A stretch of 64,000 nt of DNA, from assembly GCF_009914755.1 (NCBI RefSeq), contig NC_060927.1. One strand, written 5' to 3'. Each line of letters starts with the position of its first letter. Within the stretch, counting starts at the first letter, position 1. The notes under the pieces are model-generated. The model did no database searches, was not told the DNA's origin, and saw only the letters and a list, made by a program, of their open reading frames with translations. A program made the translations under genes and the position numbers. Shown here piece by piece: positions 1-13,330 of this stretch. The stretch is from the human T2T-CHM13v2.0 reference genome, Homo sapiens.

Positions 1-640
1 GTGTACATTCATCAAACACCACGGCAATCAAGATAAAGAACTGTTTCATCACCACAAAGATCTCCTGCACTCCTATATAATCAACCTACCCCTTTCGCTC
101 TCTGCCATTCCTAAACCCTGACAACCACAAATCTGTTCTCCATTTCTATAATTTTGTCATTTCAAGAGAAATGTTACATAAATGGAACCACCCAGGATGT
201 AAACTTTTGAGGTTGGCTTTTCTTCCACTCAGCACAATGTCCTTGAGACCCATCCAAGTTGTTGATGTATCAGTAACCCACTCCCTTTTGTTGCTGAGTA
301 GTATTCCGTGGTATGGATGTACCACGTTTTGTTTAACGATTTGCCCATTGAAGGACATCTGGGTCATTTTCAGTTCTTGGCTATTGCAAATAAATCTGCT
401 TGGAACATTTGGAACATTTGTGTACAGGCTTTTGTGTGAACATCATTTTCATTTTTCTGGGGTAAATGCCCAGGAGTCCAATTTCTGAGTCACAGGGTAA
501 GTATATGTTTAATTTCTCAAGAAACTGCTCATGTATTTCACAGAGTACATTTTACATTCTTACCAGCAATGAATGTAAACCCAGTTGTTCTGCATGTTTG
601 CTGGCATTTGGTATTGTCGCTGTTTCTTATTTTAGTGGAG
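1..640 (-). mobile_element. Old L1M 3' fragment
   Basis: Typical antisense L1M 3'UTR/ORF2-end text (ctttcttccactcagcacaatgtccttgagacccatccaag..., ggtaagtatatgtttaa...). Confidence 0.8.
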
Positions 641-774
641 GCATGGTTGAGTCTTCCTTCTCCACCAGTGTCTCTATATTTGAACTTGGAAAATGGGAAT
701 GATTTGGGGATATTAACCTCACGGTTATACAGTAATCCACCCCCACCCTCATTTTCCATTAGTTGGAAAAGGTA

Positions 775-853
775 GCATTGTGAAATATTGTTTATCAGAA
801 ATTCAAATTGAACTGGGTGTCCCCTACTTTTGTTTGCTAAATTTAGCAACCCT
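775..853. mobile_element. MER53-like hAT MITE fragment
   Basis: aaattcaaattgaactgggtgtccc...tttgctaaatttagcaaccct resembles the MER53 terminus. Confidence 0.6.
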
Positions 854-2859
854 AGGAAAAGGCTGACCTACCCAAACCAGTCAAAAGTCTGAAAGTACAA
901 GACTCAAAAACACATCATTTGATTATTTCCACTAGATATAAGCTCCCAGAAGGCAAAGATTACATCTTCTTGTACTTCTTATTCCCAGGATCCAGGATAG
1001 AATTATCTCAAATTCTAAATTAGTTGTGTGTGACTTCATGAAATTTTTTTCTTTGAGAAGAGAAACTCCTTTGGTTAAAGGACACACAGCTTTCTGACTA
1101 TACTGCTGTTTGGAAGGGGTGTGTTTTTTAAAATGTTAATTAGAATTTATTTGGCTTTCGAAAATTCATAAACATAATGGAAACAGAAATGACACAGGAG
1201 GCTTCAGACCACATCCCTTTAAGGTAACTACTCTGCCCACCTGCTTTCCCACAGGCTCAGTGTGGCCAGAGCTGACTGCGAGGCTGGCTTTATGCTGCTG
1301 CTGTGGTGGGACCTGGGCCCCATAACCTGTACCCTCCTGAAGGGAGGCCCACAGTGCCAGTCCACAGGTCGATGCAGCCTTGGTTCGCTGCCTCTGGTGC
1401 TGACTGCAGGGGCCTGGCCAGGCCATCATGATCACCAGTGGTGGGGACTGGGAGGGTGCAGGGCTGCACTTCTGCAGAGACCAATGGTGGCAGCAGGAGG
1501 CTGCCTCCCTTCTTTCCTTCCCTGCATCTGGAAGAGGACTACTTGGAGGCCTGAAACTGCCCTCCTGTCCTGAAGGGTGGAAACCCTGGCTTAACTAGGT
1601 CTTCCATCAGTTGTGGGCCACATGGACTGTGAGGCAGGGCCTGGTGCAGAGGTTGGTGCACCTGGACAGCCTGATTATATCGGGCTGTGGCTGATTGGGA
1701 ACAGCTGGAAGCTGGTCAGGGGCTGAGGAACACCTACCTGAGGCATTCCTTATGCGTTCAAGTTCCCACATGGGCCCCCTGCCCAGACGTGGCACACCCC
1801 TGCTGCCACCCCACCTACAGCCAGAAGGATGCTTTCAGAGCTGACTCATGGTGGAGGTCAGGGGGAAGAGGAGCAGAGGCCAAGGGCTGAGGAGCTCTGG
1901 CCCAGGGAGCCGCTGGGTTACTTGTGACAGGCTTTGGCCTAGTAGCTGCCTACATATCCCAGACCTCAGCTCTCTCTTGTGCTCTTACCTTCACCTGACT
2001 CTTTGATGGTTAAGATGCAGATTTATAATAAACAGGATAGAGAAATGTAAATGCCCCTAATGTTACGTAAGTTCTTATCACTCCTGTGTGTGTTTGTGTA
2101 TGTATGTATATATAGGAGTCATAAGAGATTATTTATACATTCATCCCCCTATGAATATGAGGATGATGGAGATGGTCTCTATCGTGTAGGGATGTGTGTG
2201 TTACATGGATGTATGTATTTGTCAAAACTCACGTAACTCTACACTGACGATCTGAGTATTTCACCATAAACACCAATAAATGGTTTTTTTTAAAAAAAGC
2301 AGCAGCAGCAAAAGAAAAAATGCTGCTACTATTCAGTGCTATCAAGGGGTGGCCTGGGCTGCTGGGCATGGATCCAGCTCCTCCATGGAGCCTGGGGGAA
2401 GGAGGCTAATTTCCTAGTGATTGTACACAACGTTCTCTAGCTAACCAAAGTCTTGTTTCCAAAGAATAGTCATCAGTGACATGGCAGAGTGTTCATGTCT
2501 TAATGTTAAAGAGGAAAAAAAAGAGGGGGGCAAAATTTCACATAAAGCGGATTCCCAATTTGTAAAAAAGTTTGGACAAAGGCAGAGATACACATATTCA
2601 TTGAGGCAAGGAACCATTCATTGAGCTTTCGCTTGGCTGTGACCCACATGACACAAACCCTCACTGAGCTCCCAGCCTGTGAGCAAGGTCTTGCGGAGAG
2701 GTAAGTGCTTCCTGGGAGACAGTGGCGGGGCCAGCAGAGTTAAGGCTTTTTGGGTGTGACAAACTGGGTTTTCAGGAGAGCTGGCCCTTGGGCTAAGTGG
2801 TCTTCCTTTTAAATCAAGGTGTGCCATACAGAAAGCACAGAGGTGAGTGAGTGCACTAA

Positions 2860-3380
2860 TGTACCGTGTAAGCAGGATGATGGCTTTCCTCAATGTCCAC
2901 GGTGCAACCACCATCCAAGACCACAATGTTGCCAACCCACAACCCCCTTGTGTCCATCCCAGTCTTTACCTCCTTTCCCGGTAACCACCATTCTGACTTC
3001 CATCGCCATAAGTTTGTATTCCTGTTCTAGGACTTCATACAAATGGAATCATACAGTAAGTATTTTGGGTCTGCCTTCTTTTACTCAATGTTGTCTGAGA
3101 TTCACTTCATTCTTTTTAAAATTGTCGTGTCCATTGTATGAATATACCTGTTGATGGACACTTGAATTGTTTATGGTGTTTGGCCATTAAGAGTAGAACC
3201 ATGGACATTTTAAGACATGTCTTTTTGCTGACATAAGCACTCATTTCTCTTGGGTATATATCTCAAGAAGTGGAATTGCTGAGAGATAGGACAACTAAGT
3301 GCTCAGCTTTAGTAAAAACTGCCAAATGGTTTTCCAAGTGGTTGTACCATTTCACTCCCCCAGCCCCAGCAGTGTATGAG
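2860..3380 (-). mobile_element. L1M (L1ME/MC-like) 3' fragment
   Basis: gtaaccaccattctgacttcc...aaatggaatcatacag...gtggttgtaccatttcactcccc. Confidence 0.75.
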
Positions 3381-4575
3381 ATCTCTGGCTTTGAGCTGAG
3401 TCTTGATGTGTGGATTCTCATGGCAGTTTATGGTGGCAGCAGATGGAAGCTACAGTTAGGGAGAAAGATATTCTGGATGAAAGGAATGTCATAAAGATCC
3501 ATGGCGACCATGAAAATGCACCATTCAGATCTCCTGCAGCAGAGAACAAGGGATGGCTCAGCTGCCATGCTGAATCCACCAAGGTACTGATGCTGAGGCC
3601 ACACTTCCCACTGCGGCTCCCAGGTGACGACTAGCATCGGCGGGTGGGAGGGAATACTTATCTAATGGACACCTTTGGCTCAAAACTCCCCGATCAGCCT
3701 GCTGAGAGGTTCTCAGCACTGAGCTACAGCCTGAGGCTCTACCTCCTCTCCCCAGCTTCTCTCCCTCTCCCCCTTACAGGAGTCAGACCTGCAGCAGGTC
3801 TCCCCAACAATAAAAGGCCAAAACTCCTCTTTCTTCAGGACAGATTTTATCTTGGGCTAACTTTCTAGCTCTGCTCCCATGGAAGCCAGACAAGCCAGTT
3901 AGCTGAATGTCAGGTACAGTATTAGGCCAAACTGCCCATGGGAGTTTTTGACCTCTGATTGATAAGCTACACCTGGGCTGGAAGGACAAAGAATAAGCTA
4001 TACCATCTGGTAAGAAACCATGGCCTTAGGCTTCCCTAAGTGCAGAAACTCATAACTGGGCATGTCCCTTGAGGGACCCTGGGAACTCTGATTGTGGGTT
4101 GTTGAAAACACATTGACTCCTATGGGGCATGGGCTTCTGAATCAAGGTGGCCCTCAGGAGTACTGATGTAAGGACTGCTCCTGTGGAAGGGAACTGCTGA
4201 CATGGCCCTGCTGGCATGCTGAGCATCTCTCTCCATCCTTCTAAGAAACTCTGATGCCAGGTATGATCTGTCCAGGTCTTGCGAGTCTTAATGTCTAGTT
4301 GAGCCCAAAAAAAAACCCATGGTGGATACAGCTCTTCCTCCCCTCAGCCCTCTCCTACCTACTTCTAGGCTTTTATCCCATGTAGGTGGAACTGTGATAT
4401 TAGTCCAGCTAGTCAAGATGAAATCCAACCAGCTTGCTCACTTTGCCATCCTGGGCGCTTTCCCATTGCCACGTCTCCCTAGCTAACAATCAAGATTAAA
4501 GGGCACCTGGGTTTTGACGACCAGCTCCCCTTCCTCCCATCCAATAAGAAGACTTGACCAAGATGCTTAGAATCA

Positions 4576-4581
4576 TTTAAT
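4576..4581 (-). terminator. Polyadenylation signal ATTAAA of POMGNT2
   Basis: Plus-strand TTTAAT; upstream UGUA motifs (plus TACA at 4611 and 4662) and a U-rich downstream tract (GTCTTCTTATTGG on minus). Confidence 0.75.
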
Positions 4582-4920
4582 GAATGTTCCAAACACACCC
4601 TTCACTGGGCTACAGGTAAATTTCACTGGGATGGAAGCAGATGAACCACCCAATCAAACAGTACATGATTACTCGGTTTCCAGAAATCTGGATACCAGAA
4701 AAACTCAGTAGGAAACATCAGGATCACCTAGCCAGAGGTTCCTTGTGATTCTTTGCTTCCTCCTCTCCTCTTCCTCCTCCCTGCTAAGGAACTTCTCCAG
4801 GGGTACAAATGTTCAGGATGGGAGAAGGGGAAGTCAGGTCCCTTATCTCTAGGGCAAAGAGGAGTGCTGTGACACCACACCCCAGAGACAACAAGATGAT
4901 GTGGAGGCACAGGCCTGCTC

Positions 4921-4928
4921 AATAAATA
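4921..4928 (-). promoter_or_regulatory. AU-rich element core UAUUUAUU in POMGNT2 3'UTR
   Basis: Plus AATAAATA = sense TATTTATT, containing the ZFP36/TTP-type heptamer UAUUUAU; single copy only. Confidence 0.35.
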
Positions 4929-5018
4929 GTTCCCAGAAGTCTCCACAGTGGGATTAATGGGCCCAGGGACGCTGAACTGCAGGAGCCACCTTCCCGAGGC
5001 CAGGCTGTGGCCTGCTCG

Positions 5019-6847
<1,829 letters not shown>

Positions 6848-7011
6848 CCTGAGAACTGGTGAAAGCCTGCAGGAGGAGAGAAGGAAAAGAAAAAGGAATT
6901 GGCAGTCTTCCTGGCATCATTACAAGCTCCTGCTATGTGCCAGGCACGGTAGCTAGGCTCTGTGTGCCCGCTACAGCACTGGATCCTTGCAGCCATTGTG
7001 CACATTGGTAG

Positions 7012-7465
7012 GCGTGGTAGATTAGACCATTGTTTAAAATATTCTCTCCCTCCCCATCGCTTCCATGTTGGAAAGTGCATCCCCACACCCGACTTTGGGC
7101 TTAGCCATTTAACTTGCTTTGGCCAGTGAGATGTCAGCAGACAGAACATAATCAAAGGTTTGGAAAGTGTTTGGGCTGGCCTTGCCCTCTTTATGACACT
7201 GCCATAAGAAGAATGTATTCAGGCTAACTTCCTGGCCCCAAGAGGAGCGAGATACGCATGAAGCAGAACTGCTCCGGCCATGCCCTGTTCTAGTTCAGCT
7301 GATCCCTCATGACTGAGTGGGCCCAGCCAAGAGCAGCAGTGCGATCAGCCAAACGCAGCCAAGATCAGCCAACACATAGACATCAGGGCTGAGCAACAGC
7401 TGATTAAACATCCCTGAAATTCTGGGGCTGTTTGTGATGAAGCACTGCTGCAGCAAAAGCTAACA
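7012..7465 (+). mobile_element. MLT1-family MaLR LTR, just inside the intron next to the POMGNT2 acceptor
   Basis: gactttgggcttagccatttaacttgctttggccagtgagatgtcagcag ... ggggctgtttgt...gcagcaaaagctaac. Confidence 0.7.
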
Positions 7466-8124
7466 AAGAGAGGCCATAGGAAAGACAGGCCATAGGAAAA
7501 TCCCTTGCAGGGGCCTGACATTCCTGGACTCTGGGTAATGACTTTTCCTTAAATGAGAACAACTGGCATTGGAGATCTGTGAACACTGTTCCCAGGTTGC
7601 ACACCAAGACCCCAGTATGCCGCCTTTGAGAGACACACACACGTATGGTCAGCTAAGCTTTGCTCCTGCTTAAAGCTCCTTTAGAAATCATGCCTGCTGG
7701 CTTTCAGAATCCCTTAGGAGGAGGGTAGAAACTTGTCCCCTCAGTGGTAAGATAATTGTATCTGGGTATCATCATTGAAAAATGTTTTGTGTACTGAGGC
7801 AAAAAAAACCAATAGGGTTTTAAATGCCCTCTCCCATATACACACACTGACAGAGAGGCCTGGCTAGGGGTAAGCATTTACTCCCTCTTCTTGCGATATT
7901 GTGAAGGGTATCATGCCTGCTCTGGGACCCAGGATTATTCAGACAGTTGAAGAAGCTCATCCTTTGTGACACAGGAGCAGCACAGGTAACAGCTGACACC
8001 TGCAGGGCACTGCACCGGGAGGGAGTAGCTGCTCCTTTATTCCCTTGTGGCTAGGTCCTGATGCAATTCCTGCCTCCCTGCAATGAAAAGAATCCAAGTG
8101 CATCTTGCCTAGAAAGAGAAGGTG

Positions 8125-8430
8125 TCTTTAGCTAGGTTCCCTAAGAAGTAGAGTCAGGGGCAAGGATTTGAATCAAAACAGTTTGAGAAATTATCCCATG
8201 AAACACGTGTAGGGGAATGGGAAAGTGAGAACAGAGAAGGGACCAAAGCCAACACATACAGGGTACATTAATGAGCAGTTAATGCCATGTGTAGCCTTCC
8301 TCCCATGATCATATGCTGGATATAGTATGGAAGCTGGGATACATGTCTATCAACTCCTGTTGGGCATTACTTAGTTGAAGGTCATTCCTGGAGGCATGAG
8401 ATCTCTTCTGGCCTACTCTTATCCAAAGGT
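8125..8430. mobile_element. MLT1J/I-like LTR fragment
   Basis: tgtctttagctaggttccctaagaag...caaggatttgaat...gggaatggggaaagtgaga. Confidence 0.55.
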
Positions 8431-8667
8431 TGGGCCCACACATATGAATATATCATATACTCCCCACCTCCAAACTTCAGGAAATGAAAATTACCGTGAC
8501 CAAGTATCATACATTCTAGCTTTTTTTTTCTAGTACACTGTATTCTAAGTTCATTAACAACAACAGAAACAAAACAAAACAAAAAACCTGCCCATAATCA
8601 TCTTAATTAACTTTCCGACCTACTCACCAGGTTGGCAACTTACTGTTTAAAAAATACTGGTCTACTC

Positions 8668-8800
8668 CAGATGTTCTCAAGCCTGGCTGATTACTGGAAT
8701 CCTCAGGAGTAGTTGCTAAATAAAAATCCATATTCCCAGGCACCAGTCCTGGAGGTTCTGATTCAGTAGGTCTGGAGTATGGCTCAGGCATCTGCATTAT
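8668..8800. mobile_element. MER5A (hAT-Charlie), first half; interrupted by L1
   Basis: gttctcaagcctggctg...ggttctgattcagtaggtctgg...gctcaggcatctgcatt. Confidence 0.7.
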
Positions 8801-9693
8801 TTGTTTCTTTTATTTCCTGCCTTCTTGTGAATTACTTGAATTCCACTTTGATTTATCAGTAGTGTTTTTGAGTATATCCCTTGATATAGATTTTCTAGTG
8901 GTTGCTCTAGGCATCATACTATAATCTGTAACTTATCACAGTCTACTGGTATTGACATTTTACGTTTCGAATAAGTGTAGAAACTTTACCTCCACCTAGG
9001 TTCCTTTATAATTGTCTTATGTGTTTCTTCTACATATAATGAGACCCACATCAGACAGTAATTTTGGCTTCAACTGTCAAGTATGATTTCCTCAAGAGGG
9101 AAAGGATCATCTATTATATTCACCCATATTTTTACTCTTTATGTTCGTCCCTCATTCCTGATGTTCCAGGTTTCCTTCCATTCCTATATCCCTTCTTTGA
9201 AGAACTTCTGTTAGTTCACTATTCTTTTAAGGTCAACTTCCTGGCAACAAATTCTCTTAGTTTTCCTTCATGTCGAAATGTCTGATTTTAGCTTCATTCC
9301 TAAAGGATATTTTCACTGCGTATAGAATTTGGGGTACAGATTTTCCTTCTTTCAGTATGTGAAAAATGATGCTGTGACACCTCCTCTGGCCTCTGTGACT
9401 GCTGATGAGGAACTGCTACCCTTCGAATTGTTTTTCCCTGGAGGGAATGCATTGTCTCCTGCTGCTCTTAAGATTTTGTTGAGTTTTCAAAAGTTTGACT
9501 CTGAGGTGCCTTGGTGTGGGTTTCTTTGGGTTTATCCTCTTTGGGGTTTGCTCAGATTCTTGAATCTGTAGGCTCATGCCTTCCCCCAAATGTGGGAAAT
9601 AGCCATTATTTCCTTGAAAACTTTTTCAGCCCCACACTGCTCTCCTAGGACTCCAATTACACCAATGCTAGATTAAAAAAAAAAAATTGTATT

Positions 9694-10025
<332 letters not shown>

Positions 10026-10639
10026 TTAATTTTTTTCCGGTATTTTTTCTCCCTGTTGTTCAGACTGGATGATTTCTATCATTCTGGCTTCATGTTCGCT
10101 GATTCTTTCCTGTGTCCTTTTTATTCCTGATTGAGCCCATTCAGTAATTTTAAAATTCTGCTTACTCTATTTTTCATATCTAAAATTTCCATTTAGTTTT
10201 TATAACTTCTTTTTTTTTGCTAAAACTTATCCTGGACATTTCGGTCATAATGTTATGATACTCTGGATCTTACTTAAATCTTCTATTTTAGTAGCTTCTG
10301 TTAAAACTGTACTGGTGGGGGAAAGGAGAGCATTGACTCTTTACTGTTGGGCGGGGGTGGGCATCCAGGCTCCCTACTCAGCCTCCACCAATACCATCGT
10401 GGCTGGGAGGGGGAGGGATACTCAGCACAGAGTGTGTGTCAGGGTGTCAAAACCCAGGCTCTGCAGTTGGCCTCCAATGACACCCTGGGGTGTGGATGGA
10501 AGTCTAGGCCCCAAGAGGACTATGGTAGTGAAGGACGTATGTTACTACTAGGCGGTCGTGAAAGTCTAGGCTTCCCATCAAGTGGGGAGGGTGTGGGGCA
10601 GCTGGTTACCCCTAGGCAAAGGTGGAAGTCTAGGCTATC

Positions 10640-11007
10640 TGATATGGTTTGGCTCTGTGTCCCCATCCAAATCTCATCTTGTAGCTCCCATAATTCCCAC
10701 ATGTTGTGGGAAGGACCTGGTGTGAGATGACTGCATCTTGGGTTGGGGGGGGTTCTTTCCTGTGCTGTTCTCGTGATAGTGAATGGGTCTCACTAGATCT
10801 GATAGTTTTAAAAACAGGAGTTTCTTTGCACAAGCTCTCTCTTTGCCTGCTGCCATTCACGTAAGATGTGCCTTGTTCCTTCTTGCCCTCTCCCATGATT
10901 GTGAGGCCTCCCCAGCCATGTGGAACTGTAAGTCCAATAAACCTCTTTCTTTTGTGAATTGCCCAGTCTTGGGTATGTCTTTATCGGCATGAAAACGGAC
11001 TAATACG
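10640..11007 (+). mobile_element. THE1 solo LTR (THE1A-like MaLR), antisense to POMGNT2
   Basis: tgatatggtttggctctgtgtcccc...aataaacctc...aaaacggactaatac; 5-bp TSD CTATC at 10635-10639 and 11008-11012. Confidence 0.92.
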
Positions 11008-11429
11008 CTATCCATCTGGCCTTTACTAAAACTGAGGGGTGGAGGAGGAGGAAATTTTCCCTGGTGTTTTGCAGGAATGGGGTATTTACAGCAAAAAAAA
11101 AAAAGTTTTGCTAAACTGTTCCTTCTTCCAGTCCTTTGACAAAAGAGACCAAGCTTCCTTGGGGCTTTGTTTTGTTCTGTGCTCACTGGCATTCCTGGAT
11201 TGTGGGCTTCTCTAGCACCACGGTAGAATATATAGGAGGCAAGAAGAAAACCCAGAGAACTCACCATTATGTTGTTCTGTGAGTTCCAGGATCCCCAGCT
11301 GGTTCACTCTTTTCTCCACCTTTCAGTCTTCCAATGTTTTATATATAATGTCCAGTATTTTTAGCTATATTAGTAAAAGGGATAGGGATAAATTTGTCTA
11401 CTCTATTTTGACCAGAACCTGAGGTATCC

Positions 11430-11495
11430 TTGGCATCCTGCTTTTTTTTAACCAAGCTCCCAGGTGATTCTGGGGTACAAACAGGTTTGAGGAAA
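11430..11495. mobile_element. MER5A second half
   Basis: ttttaaccaagctcccaggtgattct...aggtttgagg continues the MER5A broken at 8800. Confidence 0.65.
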
Positions 11496-12184
11496 ACCAA
11501 GTAGCTCTTAACCAAAGAAGCAGGCCATGAATCACATTACCACTTATCAGTTTAAAAGCTTGGAAATGTTTTCTTATTTCTTCTGTATATAAATTAGAGT
11601 AGGCTCAATGTCATCCTTATAATCACATCACCATCACTCAGTTGCTTTCTGATACATCTTGAGTCAGGAAGATGAGGATCACCATTTAGCTTGCACAAGA
11701 ACCCACAACCCCACTGCCTAAGCTGTGGGCAGCAGTGAGCAGCCTACATGTTAGTTATGCCTTATTAATAGCAACAGCTAGTATGAGTTACTGTTCTGCT
11801 TTACTTCACTGCAAAATATCTTTTGGGTTTCAACAACACCTGTATGCCCATAGGAGTATGCCATGCATGTGACTCTTCCCTATCACGTACTATGGGGGAA
11901 AGACAAAGGGCCAAACGTTGCAGCCGGAACCCTGCAGAACTTCAGATCAGGTCTATCACTTTGCTCTGTGACACTGGACATGCTGCTATGCCTCTCTGGC
12001 TCCTGGGTGCCTGGATGATCAGATAAAGCATCACGCTGACCTGGGCTTCTCACCTGTTTAGCAATAAACTATGAAGCAGGATGCCAGCAATAAACATAAG
12101 CCCAGCTAAGCCAGGATACAAAGGAGTGGCTTCATTTTTTGTTCTCAGAAGGGAGAAAGGAGAGGTGACTCCCACTCAGGCAAT

Positions 12185-12603
12185 CATGTCTACCCAGAAC
12201 CTTAGAAGATGACCTTATTTGGAAAAAGGCTCTTTGCACAGACAATTAGATAAGAATCTTGAAATGAGATCATACTGGATGAGGATGGGTCATAAATCCA
12301 ATGTGACTACCCTTAAAAGAGACAGAAAAGGACACACGGAGAAACAGAAGGCCATGTGAAGATGAAGACGAGACTGGAGTGATGTAGTTATAAGCCAAAG
12401 AGCCAGCCCGGATGACCAAAACCATTAGAAGCAAAATAGAAGAAAGGAAGGATTCTCCCCTAGAGCCTTCAGAGGGAGCATGGCCCTGCTGACACCTCAA
12501 TCTTAGACTTCTGGCTTCTAGAACTGGGAGAGAATAAATTTCTTTCATTTTAAGCCACTAAATGTGTGCTAATTTGTTGCAGCAGCTCTAGAAAACTAAT
12601 ATA
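12185..12603 (+). mobile_element. MLT1C/D-like LTR
   Basis: gaccttatttggaaaaag...gattctcccctagagccttcagagggagcatggccctgctgacacc...gcagcagctctagaaaactaata. Confidence 0.85.
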
Positions 12604-13179
12604 GGGACCATAAGAATTCATTTGAAAAAGGGGTTCTGTGCTCTTAAGAAGGAATTCCACTGCTACAAAGGTTAACAACCACTAAGCAAGTCCTCATTTT
12701 ACGCAGAGAAGCAATTTGCCCAATGTCACACAGCAAATCAGGAATAAGAATGGAAGTGTTCTAGAACACACCTGCTGCAGCACTGCCTCCCAGTGGGGAT
12801 GACTAGGGAGACCAGCAGGTCACCAGCAGGCCCAGCTGTGCAGCTTCTGTGTTCAGGTTCTCATGAAGTTAGGACTCCACTTCGCCATCCACCTGCCTAG
12901 CTCCACGGCCCAGACCAGTCTGATATGGATGAGCTGCTTGAACCCTCCTGAGGGGTGGGGAACTTCTATCTAGGACGGTCAGAACACCTCAGTCTCGGGA
13001 AGCCAACTCCATACATTAGTTTGACTTGTGGATTGGCTCTTCTGGAGACACCTTTAAAGGTATCACTGATCAATCAGTAGCTATCACATCATCTCCCAAA
13101 CCAGCCTGGCTCTCAGTTTCCAATGCATTACTGGTTGCAGGTAGCTCCCAGAAGAGGATATGCACTGTCTGGACAAGTT

Positions 13180-13330
13180 TGAGGATAAAAAGACAGAAAG
13201 ACTTGGGTTCAAACCCCAGCTCCTCGACCTACTGCATGTCCTTTCTAAACTCAGGCTCCTCATCAATGAAAATGGGGGTACAGTACCCACCTCACAGGAA
13301 TGTGGAGGTAAGAAATGATGTATAGTTGAA
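13180..13330. mobile_element. MIR
   Basis: cttgggttcaaaccccagctcc...ctcaggctcctcatcaatgaaaatgggg. Confidence 0.6.

Noticed and set aside
10907-10920. PRDM9 hotspot motif in THE1 (also at ~35891 in MST)
   Set aside because: Reads CCTCCCCAGCCAT / CCTCCCCAGCCGT, lacking the diagnostic bases of CCTCCCTAGCCAC.
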